DNA of 64,000 bases from Penicillus capitatus (lineage: Eukaryota; Plantae; Chlorophyta), in the NCBI GenBank assembly GCA_965649825.1, contig OZ287710.1, positions 248,001 through 312,000 of the forward strand, in the 5' to 3' direction. Below the pieces are notes generated by a model, which did not search any database, was not told the DNA's origin, and saw only the letters and a program-made list of their open reading frames with translations. Position numbers and translations under genes: made by a program. This document shows, in pieces, positions 26,338 to 37,207 of the stretch (positions within the stretch are counted from its first letter, which is position 1; each line of letters starts with the position of its first letter).

Positions 26338-28188
26338 TCAGACCTGATTCTCACAATCAACAGCAGCAGGATGCTTCAATTCAAGAAACATCAAAAGAGA
26401 AGGCATGGAAATCAATTCAAGCTTGGATAGAACGAAATCAAGAACGGCATCCTCGTACATAAAACGCTGATCAACGTCCAGCGAGACGAGGTCACGTCTC
26501 ATGGATGCCATAAATGTCTTCTTTACTTCAATTTCGCGAATGAAATCTCCTTTTTGAGGATAATGGACATGGAATACAAGGGTCATTTCAATGGGGGTCA
26601 ATACTGTCGAAGCAGAATCTCGAGACGCAGCTTGACTTAGGGAACGAGAACTGTGAGACTTCAAATCCCAGATAGTTGAGGTCACGTGCTCAATTTTGTC
26701 GACCGCTTCACACTTGACATTCAGATCCACCTCGTCGCCGTCCAACGGTTTCAATCGGATACGGTGCGGTCCACTGATGTCGAATGCACTTGATGTCTCG
26801 TCATTGAGCTTGATCAAACCGATAGAAATGTGGCATTCAGATCCGATTCTGAGGTGAAGAATAGGTTCTCCACTGCCCTCGACCATACCGACCGGAATCT
26901 CAGACATACGAAGCATACGCTTCAGCAGTCCGGAATCGGGTCGGGGGAGAACTTCTTCAATCATGACAGATAGCATGTATGCCAAGTTGGCATCTTTATG
27001 CTCTAAGGACTGTACAAAACTGCCGAGTTGTGTGTCGATGGATCGCACGGCGGGCAATGGCGGCGATGCCGATTCGGATTCGGATGGCTCATCTTCCGAA
27101 GCTTTCTGGTCATCACTATTCAACTCCGACGATGCTTCGCGGCTGGCACAAGACGATGTGTAAGAGCCAGATGCATCGACCCCGTCATCACACTCTGAAT
27201 ACACCATCCATCGCTCACGTTAAAGACAGACGGAGTCGCAGAGGTGGTGATGGGTGGCCTTACCTGATCCCTTTGAGCCGTATCTGATGTCGAGGATAGT
27301 GACATCGGGTATCCCGACTTTGCCCGAGAAGGGAATCTCGGAGCGTGAACGGGAGTGGCTACAGTTTTGGAGGTGAACGGCAGTGGCTCCTTCGGGAGCA
27401 TCCGGCGGCAAAACGTAGATCCTTGGTGTCGGCACTCCAACGGTATCTGTTACTTGTCCGTTCTTTTCCCATGACTTCTGTGCAGGCGAAAACACATCGC
27501 CGTCCAGATCGCGACCCCACGGACGGATCTTCATCGTCATCTTGTGCACAATACCTTAGAAAAGCACACACGTCACATCAGCCAATCTGTTTGCTGACAG
27601 CGATCTCTTCACTCACTCTTAACGCCCAGCCCCAGTTTATTCAACAGGCTTGTCTCTGCTGTTTTTATTCCTGTTGAATGATGTGACAGCGCTGTGATGT
27701 ATGTGGAGGCAAAGGGAGGGTACCGTGGCTGGTTGATGCTTCATGCATGTAATGGACTTCAATGTCCCGAACTTCTTTCTTCTTTGCTGTTTCCGTTTCG
27801 TCTTCTTTGACACCGGCGATGTCACCTTTCGATATTTTTTCCACTTCTTTCGTGGCGGCATTGTCAGCAGAATCATCGTTCGTGATGCGACGCTTAGATA
27901 GCGCCCAGAGGACGATGAGGAAGAGGAGTGCTCCTAAACCCGCCCCAATCAAAAACAGCAGAGCGCCCAGAAATGCAAAGCCATTTCCCTTCGTCAATTC
28001 ATCCCAATCTGCAACAGACACCGTCTCCCTCGGCCATCAACGCAAAGCACATGTCAGACATGCTGGAACAATAATGGCACTACAGGTGCCAACGACGGCA
28101 ATGGCGATGAGCGTAGCAATAATACTGATCTACTCAGAAGCTCCCTGGCATCCAAACGTGACAGAAGATGAGATCACACTTGCTTCAT
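26338..28188 (-). CDS. Unknown protein with two N-terminal hydrophobic segments and a long soluble tail (5 introns)
   Basis: GT-AG exon chain MKQ|ISIIATLIAIAVVGTCSAIIVPA|YWDELTKGNGFAFLGALLFLIGAGLGALLFLIVLWAL stays in frame into the 26338-27207 ORF; no family recognised. Confidence 0.6.
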
Positions 28189-28799
28189 CGGCGCAACAGA
28201 GAGGAGCAGATGCTAATTTCCTTTTCTGTTGCTCAACAGGATGTGAATTGCGACTCCGTTAGCTAAACAGCAGGAATTCCAGCGCGCGCAGTACCAGTCG
28301 CGTCGGGGACGAAGCTACGGCAGTGTTATTCAGTGGTGTCAAAATGACCGTCGGGCCTTGTCGACTAGCTTATGCGAAAGAAGTCGCGTCCGAATTTCTT
28401 TTATGAATCAGTAGAATGCAGATGACGGTTATATACTGTTGCGTTGACATGACGGTGAATGGTTGATGAATGGTTGATGGTCTACGCAGCCGTGGCCGTC
28501 GGTACGTGTGCCCGCACGCGACGGCTCGTCTCCCTCGATGCGATAGCAACGTCACATCATGTACGATGCGCATAAAAGGAGCCGTTTCGCGTCGCTTCTC
28601 CAAACGCGCAATATCATTCCAGCTGAAAGGCATAAAACGGCAGCTGGGGATTTCGTTCCCTTCACAAAACTCGAAACCAAAAGCGAAGTGCGTTTTCGGT
28701 GGCCAACAGTTCACGGGCGACTTACCCAAAGTCAAACAACACGTCTTCGGTCCACAAAGATCGCCTCGAACGCGGATGTTGTGTCTCTATAGGAAGACG

Positions 28800-29575
28800 A
28801 TGGAGAAGTTCACGCGCGTCGAAAAGAGAAAGGAAGATATTCCGATAGGCGAAAACGAAGTGCGCGTTACAGCCGTGGGTCGCTTGTACAACTACGTGAA
28901 CTACGCTGCTACCTTATACAATGTATACCCGTCAAGGCAAAACGAGGAAGCAGTGTGTGTTCGTTCGTGCAGGAAAAAGGCCAAAAATCGTTAGTTCTGA
29001 AAGGAATGGGCAGGGCCATCAACAAGACTGTTTCCCTGGCCGAGATCATAAAAAGACGTGTTCCGGGGTTGCATCAAGTGATGGAGATTGGCTCTGTTGA
29101 GATCACTGACACATGGGAGCCAAAAGAAGAAGGTTTGAACGAGTTAGAGATCACCCGTCATGTGTCGGTGATTACCATCACCTTGTCGAGTGAAGCACCT
29201 GCCGATATCAAAGTCCCTGGCTATCAGCCACCTCTCCCTGATGATGAAGTGAAGCCGCTCTTGGATGAAGACTCCGAAGCTGCGCCAGCTCGCAGGGGTC
29301 GCGGTCGCGGCCGTGGCCGTGGTAGAGGTCGTCGTGGCCGCGGTAGAGGAGGCCGCAGTGAAGAAGACCCCAATGATGATGACGAGCTGATTGAAGGAGT
29401 TGAACATGCCGAAAGCAGTGGCCGTGGTAGGGGACGTGGAAGAGGTCGTGGACGTGGTCGCGGACGTGGACGCGGACGCGGAAGAGGTCGTGGACGCGCC
29501 CCAGCTGCCAGCAACACAGGGACGGCGACCACAGACCCTCCTGCTGAAGCACCCAATGGAATCTCCAAAGAATGA
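28800..29575 (+). CDS. Alba/Rpp25-like nucleic-acid-binding protein with RG/RGG tail
   Basis: ENEVRVT, LKGMGRAINKTV, AEIIKRR...GLHQ, DTWEPKEEGL, TRHVS, GYQPP. Confidence 0.92.
29291..29497 (+). repeat. Coding (RG)n low-complexity repeats in Alba
   Basis: Two runs of CGN/AGR-GGN codon pairs separated by an acidic spacer. Confidence 0.9.
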
Positions 29576-30291
29576 GAGACAACATTTCTGACGACACACG
29601 CACGTACAATGATGACAACAGCGTCATACAGAATCGATGACCCCATGAAATTTCTGCACATCTATGTTGTTTTCAATCTCTGAAGAATGTTGATGAATTT
29701 GTCATACAGATTGTTGTCCATGCGCCATCAGTTTTGCACGGTGCTTTGTTATTTTGGCCAAAAGTCACATTAAGGTTGCTGCTTTGCATCGAATTTTTGA
29801 GAGACACTGGTTTCGAATACCAAGAACAACACTAGTTGTTGTTCTAGGCTTAACGAGGCACACGATCAGGCTTTCTAAGATTACTCCCTCTGGCAATCTA
29901 TACCTTTTTGTTCGTAAAAGGTGTCTGTTCATAACCTTTTTACATGCATTGGAAGAAGCCATCCATCAATCCAATCCATACATCAGATGAGATTCCTACT
30001 TTTGTGAGCTCAATGAATTTCACTAAGATTTGAATCGGGAAAGGAGAGGGAGGGAGGTGTTGGCATCTGATGTGGTATCTTTCTGAGTCTTTATCCATAG
30101 ATCTGAAGCCGCGGGGCGAAAAGGGGGTTTACCGACGTACAAGCATGTTAACTGTGGTAGCATCCACGCACCTTTCTTATGTGCAGAGAGAAGCAAAGAT
30201 ACATTCAATCCAGTGCTCTTAACAAGACATCTACTGTAACTCGTGCAAGTTAAGCCTGAATCGAGGAGGCGCAGGCGGAGGAAGACGAGCA

Positions 30292-30877
30292 CTATTTCTT
30301 CAAATGTCTCCAAGGAAAACACTTTCCATCATCGTTCGGCGATTTGGCTAGGTGAACAATGATCTTGTTCTCGAGCTTCTTCACTCGACATCTCTCTGGA
30401 TCCACCTGTCATGCACAGACATGTCTGTCAGTCACATCATCCAATCCAAGCGCTATCTGGTCCGACATCGCCTTCTAGTTGGGCGATCGATAAACGCAGA
30501 ATGGCATTGGGCTTATAGTTCTCGATGTTGACACAGAAGGACTGAGAGTTGAATTCGGATGAGATGTCTGAATCGGCCAACCGGCCCACTCCCTCCAGTG
30601 GAATGTACACCTTTGCATGTTTGTCATCATCGAGAAACTGATAGCGAGAGACAGATTCGACGACGGGCTCCATCACCGCCTTCTCCTTTCTCAGCGCCTG
30701 ATGCACAGGAGGAGGCGCTGGAGCTTCACACGTTCCCCTTGGCTGATGCTAATGACACAGCAAAGACAATGACAACGATAACAGTAGGGAAGCGCTCACA
30801 GCATAGTAATAGGATTGCTCTTTCTTCGATTCTAGACTCGCATGGAGAGCCGATTTCGCTTCCCCTCCCTCATTCAT
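30292..30877 (-). CDS. CS-domain (p23/CacyBP-like) co-chaperone
   Basis: MNEGG...KEQSYYYA|H; YQFLDDDKHAKVYIPL; GD|VDPERCRVKKLENKIIVHLAK...WRHLKK. Confidence 0.75.
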
Positions 30878-31038
30878 CCTGAAAAAATCCAGAGAGCGTC
30901 CACGGCACGCGATGAAGCCAAGGAAGTCATACGGATTGGACGTTCAGAAGAGAGGCGTCTCCCTCAGTCGCAAAGCAAAGACAGGTCAAGTCCACACAGC
31001 AGACGAAGGAAAGTGTACGACAAGAACGCGCTGTGACA

Positions 31039-32889
31039 ATGCTGCCCAGCAGATGGATGTCCTGTGTCCTGCGAAGTGAATGCCCAACCGACGGCGCCTA
31101 TGGACAGCGTCATGGACTCGATGGGGACTGTTGGTTGTAGTGCCCGCCGCTGTGCGATCGTTTGGCAGTGGAAAGAAGATGCTGGAGACGGAACTCAAAC
31201 CGTGTCTTCATGCACTCTACAAGATTGTCCATCCCGACCTCTTCACACAGATGCCAGACGAACAGGCAATGCATTCGTGGAGGATACAGAGAGCGGAAGC
31301 TGACAGCATTGTAGGCGGAGAATGCTCGGTCTTTGAAACTGTTACACGATTATCTGAACCAATCTCGAGGAGACTATGCTGGACCGACTGCCCCTTTCAG
31401 ATTCGTGTTCTTCAAGAAGCAGGAGAGCGGAACAGATGAGCCCACGAAAGGTGACGCGATCGGTGATGGAACCCGTCCGCCCGCATTTCACATGTCTGCT
31501 TGATCCTAGACGAGCAGGCGTGCGAGAAAATCTCAATGGTGTTGCCTCCGCCAGTAACAGTGCCTCATGACTTTCCGCTTCCCTCCTCGACACGCACCGC
31601 TTTGAAGAAACTACTGACAGCGTTAGGAATTTCGCCCGATCTCATGCGCAACGTCGTTGGCCACAAAGGACACCCGCCGTATGTATTGGATACTGATCGA
31701 TGTGATACTGTAGTTGGATGTGACGGGAGAGCATGAAAGTCTACGCCGTTTCTTGGTCAACGCAGCAGAGCATGTCAGATTTAATGAAGCAACGATGCAT
31801 CTTGCCACCCAACGCATCCACCATGCCAAGACCGTGTTCAGACTGTTGCGTCAGGCACAGTGATTTGACAGTCTCACACCTCGATCTTCTCTGTGCACAG
31901 GTGATTGTCAAGATCAGTGGAACTGCAGAGAATATCTCGGCGCCTGAACAGGCAACCCTGCTCGAAGTGCGCCAGATCTAAGGGAGAGATATCGTCTGCG
32001 TCAAAAGGGTGCTTGTTTAGAGGTTGGCATGTGTGATGGATCGAGTGCCTTCTGTCGATATGCGCCATCAGACCATCGTGATCGGCGGCGAAGGAATCGA
32101 CGCCATCGGTCGTTTGTGGATCTCGCCGTCGGATTCCGCCGAACAATGGGAGAACGCCATTTCGACGGCAAACCTCCATCTCATGCAGCAGAGAAAAACT
32201 CTGATCGAGCAGATGAAGGAACAGGAGAACGTCGTTGCCCAACTCATGGGGGTCGGCCTGATCTACACCTCAGACGACTTGCGTTCGCAACCACACTACT
32301 CAGCATTTCTCAAAGTCTAAACACCTCCGCAAAAGCGTCAACAGGAGTGTTGGAAATGCTGAGTTGGCTGACAGGATACGAAGACTATGGCAGAGATGAC
32401 TGGAATGGTATCCCTGTCCAAGTTGGACGTTGCCCTATGCGTTGTCCCCCAGCGTCAAGACATGACCGATGAAGAGGCGATCAGCATCGATCCCGACCTC
32501 GGTTTCTTCCGTATTCCGATACACACCAGTCCCGCTCAGATTTATCGTTACATCCAAGTGCATCAACCGCAAGCTTCTCTCAGTCTTAAACTCCTTTGGA
32601 CGTTTAGGATCACCGAGACCATGCCGTCGAAATCGTCGCACGGCATATTCAGAAGGAGAAGATGATGGAGAGCATAAGGCAAGAGGTGCGTCGGAGGTTG
32701 AAACTGAGAAAGCTGCATCGGGATCCGATCATCTCGCTCACACAATTTCATTCCGCGTGCCATCGACTGCTTCAGAATTCACGAAAATTTGGTGATTGGA
32801 CAGATGGTCTGTCTCTCAGAGTCTCCACCTCCAATCGTCTTTTCAAACGCAGTACACAAGTGGACATCCATTGGAACTTTGCGCTGTAA
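31039..32889 (+). CDS. TCAIM-like mitochondrial protein (DUF4460/DUF4461)
   Basis: LYKIVHPDLF...AENARSLKLLHDYL; C-terminal ISLTQFHSACHRLL...VDIHWNF; start approximate. Confidence 0.72.
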
Positions 32890-32907
32890 ATCCGACTGTC
32901 GGTCTGT

Positions 32908-32915
32908 GATGTGAC
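32908..32915 (+). promoter_or_regulatory. GATGTGAC element upstream of the RAB5IF-like start (one example of a window-wide motif)
   Basis: One of about 24 copies found by eye, about 20 of them non-coding; function inferred only. Confidence 0.45.
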
Positions 32916-32950
32916 GTCTCGTCGCGTCGTGTCTCCAGTGAGCAAGCGCT

Positions 32951-33289
32951 ATGAAAACCAAGTCCTCTTCTATCTGGGAGAAGCTTCAGGACGCGGAATC
33001 GGCGGATTGGACGCAGGAGGAAGTGAAGACGGCGATACATTGGTTTCGTCAACTGGTGTCCTTTCTCTGTGGAATACTGTGGGGCCTCATACCTTTTACT
33101 GGACTGAATGGCTTTCTCACGCACCTCGCTGTGAACACTGTCGGAACGTTCGTTTTCTATAGCGGCGTGCTAAAAGTGGAGGCAGAAGATTTTGGTGGAC
33201 ACGCGGTTCTGACACAGGAGGCATTGCCACCCTCTATCTCAATGTTCTTACTCATGTGGATTCTCACTTACAGTTTCGTGCATTTCTGA
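32951..33289 (+). CDS. RAB5IF/RCAF1 (Rab5ip/EMC6-like family) membrane protein
   Basis: IHWFRQLVSFLCGILWGLIPFTG...EDFGG...FLLMWILTYS; 112 aa, single exon. Confidence 0.85.
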   Translation: MKTKSSSIWEKLQDAESADWTQEEVKTAIHWFRQLVSFLCGILWGLIPFTGLNGFLTHLAVNTVGTFVFYSGVLKVEAEDFGGHAVLTQEALPPSISMFLLMWILTYSFVHF

Positions 33290-33933
33290 TACTGAAATAG
33301 CAATGTCTTAACGTCTAACCGTTCCTGCGTCATGCTCAACGCGGCGGCGCTTCGCCTAAGACGTTTTTTCAGCCTCGGCCCGAACCTCTTCGATCGGCAG
33401 CGCCTAAACACAAGTGTCTTTGTCACATGACGCGTCGAAGGGGGCTGACGAGATCGGGTTTGAGAAAGTGATGCACCACAGTGGCTCCAGCAAGCATCGA
33501 TATGAATGCCACCGTATACGCTTTGAGATACATGATGGAAGCGACGATTGCCGAGAAGAGCTGACGTCATCATCGATCCCGTTATAAAACGACTGTCATT
33601 ATCTGTTCAATCGGACACTCACTCATTTATGTGCAGGACTGAGAAATGGTACACGGACAAAGGCATCACTGAGAAATGCACTTCCAATCATAATCTCACA
33701 CTTTTTTTCTTTCAAACTGTGTGACCTTCAGATAAAACGCAACAAACGTTCGTTGTGTACCCCACGTTCACCACAAGACCAAAAATCAGCACCACGTTGA
33801 GCATGTCCACGTGGCAATGGATGAAACCTTTAATTGACGTAGAGGATTGAATCTTGCAAGCTGTCTGCTTATACAAGTTGGATAGAAGAGAGATGAAATC
33901 AGCTTGTGATTTATGAGTAAAATTTGCAGATTA

Positions 33934-36644
33934 TTATGAAAAATGCAGTGCGTCGTCCATCGGAATGTACTGAAGTTTCAATTGAATCTCGCCGCGATCG
34001 TAACCCTGCAGCTTAAACCACTGCCTCATGCTTCCAGGAATGGTATCCCGGACGTTCGCGGCCAGCTGCTTCATTTCGATCTCCAGATCACCCAGAAAAT
34101 CATCTCTTGTCGCAAAATCTCGATCGAACACAGTGATCTGGAGCTTTTCTGTGATGGGGACATCGAAAAACTCAAAGTTCACGTGGAACTCCGGTTCGCA
34201 TGAGGCATTGACGACATGCGTCTTGCGTACTGTGTTATTCAATTTGAGCTTCACATACGGATCCGAGGTGCCGCCTCGATCCATAGCCACGAGATCTCTG
34301 CAGCGAATAACGGTCACCATCACGGCTCCGATGGAGGAGGTGCTCGTTCGCATGTTGTGGAAGGGAGTGTAGACCATCTTCAGATGAACGGAGCCACGGC
34401 CGATCCCTGTACCATCGGGGTGTGCGAAGTCATTAGGTCCTAACGCATACCAATCGTCCACTACTTTTCCTGAACGTTCGGCAACAGGCCGAACCGGAAT
34501 CGCCACACGTCCTACAGCAATATCTGCTCTCTCGGACGTCACGCAGATCGATGCTCTCACCTAAGAATTCCTTGGCATACACGGATTCTTTGAGGTTCTT
34601 AATGATGTTTAATGATTTGAAGACATCTGTGACGTTCAGTATGTCCACATCGTATGCTATGATAGAGATGTTTTGTGATCTCGGTTCCTACAGAAGCGGA
34701 TCGAAGAGAGAGGATAGATGGCTTGTGTGGACTTGGATGAGTAAATGATGGACTTCGTCGTCCCATGTGGGATGCAAAGTTTTCTTAATCACTGCTGTTG
34801 TCGATTTGCGTTCCGGTCGAGTCCAGAATTCCAGCATCGGATCACTCTTGCCATTCACGTCTGCTATTGGCAGTTCCTTTGCTTCGACGATCTTAACCGT
34901 CAGCACACCGACATGTCTCAACTCCAGATCCTCAAGGGGACCAGTCACAGACTCGTTCTGCAGACAGAGAGATTCAGCGATGGATCTAACGGGGAGGCCA
35001 CAGTTGTCGTGCCTCAATGATGGGAATGACGTAGCGGTTTGGCCAGACGTAGAGGTTCACAAGGGTGTCCTGTATGAAGGAGTCTAACGCTGTCTTGACC
35101 ATTGTCCCGCTCACACTGCCGCCGAGTGCCTTTCCAAAATCAACCTTGAATTTCAGGGTCGGCGTCTTGGGAAACGTTGCAATCACTGCACCAAATCCTG
35201 GCATCTCTTTCACCAAGGGCTTAAAAATCAAGCGCAACGTGCCGAAGCAGCTAATGTTCGTCACTTTGGGCTGCATTTTCGTCACTTCTCTACAGAACAC
35301 AGCCCACGATCGAGCAAGCATCGCTTCCACAGGTGAGAGACGTCATGCTCGGAATGTTGGGTTCAATGGTAAGAGTAACATTTGCATCGCCGCACCAACG
35401 GATGTCGATATCTAACACCATCTCCGTTTTTGTTATGTCGTAGATTTCGACACCTGTGTATATCACACATCGCCTCACTCTTTGACAAATAACTTCAATT
35501 CTCTCGCCTTCGATTCTGAAAGGCACGTCTCCGAATCGCAGACGGCTGAAAGAAATGTCTTTGAAAAGTGGCGGCTTCACAGACTGTAAAATAGGTTCCA
35601 CAGATTCCTAAAGATCAACGACATCTTAGCCAAAGAGTGATGCCTGAAAAGTGTGACCACCTTAATAGCTGCACAAATGGCCTTGTCATAGGATGGCCAC
35701 ATCTGGGAGAGTGCCTTATTCAACCACTCAACGCGATCTTTCTTTCTGTAGCTGAGCCACGTCGGCAGATCCTTTAGCAAAGCCTTCATGCCCTGCACTC
35801 CAGGCGTCGTGTTCAATGCCTCCGCTTGGAGCATCTTTCTCTTGACGTTCTTTGTATAGAGATAACGGTAACCCAATACAGCAGCAAAAGTCAGCACACT
35901 GTACTGTACCGTTTCCCATTTATTCACACCAAGCCATCGTATCACCATTAACCAAAAGAGAGAGACCACTGCCATAATCGCCAACAACAAAGTCCTTGCA
36001 TGCACGTGGTACACTTTCCCCACGGCATTCTTCTCTGACACCGGATCCGACGGCGCAGGATGGTTTGGCTCCGTCTGAGCTGTGGATGTCTCAGCAGGAG
36101 ATGTGTGATTCGGTGCTGTAGATACAGGAGACACCGAAACGGATGGGGCGGTCTCTTGTGGCACTTTGTGTTCTTTCTCATCCTCTTCTGTCTTGTCGAC
36201 AGGTGGGATCTCATCTTTGTCCTCAACCACTTCGGTTACGGTTGCCGGACTGCTATCGTCTTCTTTTTCGTCTTCTTTTGGGTAGTCGAGTTTCGTCTGA
36301 CTTGTTGTCGGGATCGTTAAGGGTGCCTCTTTTGCAAATGTCACCGTTTTGGCAACTGCTGTCTTGCCAGCGTCCAAGAGACGGCTCATGCCAATGCCTT
36401 TCTTTTCGGGAGTGACAGGCTGCTCTTCTTGAATGGCGACGGGCGTGGCGTTGTCTTGATGTGACGACTTGAGACTGGCGCTGTCTGTCGGTTGGACCAG
36501 AGACTCAGACTCGGCACTCGTGGTGCGCATCTCTGGCGAATCTTCATTCTGAAAATCCTGCGACATGCGGGTGCTTGTATTCCGCATTCTATCGCGGAGT
36601 CTCCTGACAGACTTCAATGGGTTCTTCATCTTCGGTACGGGCAT
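33934..36644 (-). CDS. Synaptotagmin/extended-synaptotagmin-like protein (TM, SMP, two C2 domains)
   Basis: LPTWLSY...VEWLNKALSQMWP; SFSRLRFGDVPF; C2 motifs DVNGKSDP and DRGGTSDPYV, FDRDFATRDDFLG. Confidence 0.9.
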
Positions 36645-37207
36645 CACGTCCTGAAAAATGCGTTGGCAACTTCGAATGACTCAATATTTGCCGCGCGGCA
36701 CCGACTGGACGTCACATCTGCCTGTCCATTCCCGGCGGCCCGCTGCGAACATGGTGCGTCGTTGTCTGGAGGCAGACGAATGGATGACGTTCGTTTTGCT
36801 GTAGCCGAAGCAGATTCACGAGACGAAGGACTTCCTCCTGACGGCTCGTCGCAAAGACGCCCGGTCTGTTCGAATCAAAAAGAAAAAGGGGATGACGAAG
36901 TTCAAAGTCCGCTGCAAGAAGTATCTCTACACACTGTGTGTGACCGACGCCGATAAGGCACAGAAACTGCGACAATCCCTTCCGCCAGGTCCAGTCCTTC
37001 TCTGAGCGTGCTCTCAGATCATCTCCCCCGAACGTACACACTTTCTAGGGCTGGAGATCAAGGAGGTGTGAAACAACGAAGACGAATCTCACACACTTGT
37101 TGAGCGAATCTCACTCTTTTTGAGAGACGATGTTATGTGTCAGTAAGATGGCTTGGAGGCAAAAAATCTTTATGTTCTGAGGCTGGATGATGTGACGTCG
37201 CTTCTCG

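Noticed and set aside
30414-30427. Perfect 14-nt palindrome ACAGACATGTCTGT in the CS-gene intron
   Set aside because: Single occurrence with no matching termini elsewhere; not enough to call a MITE or introner
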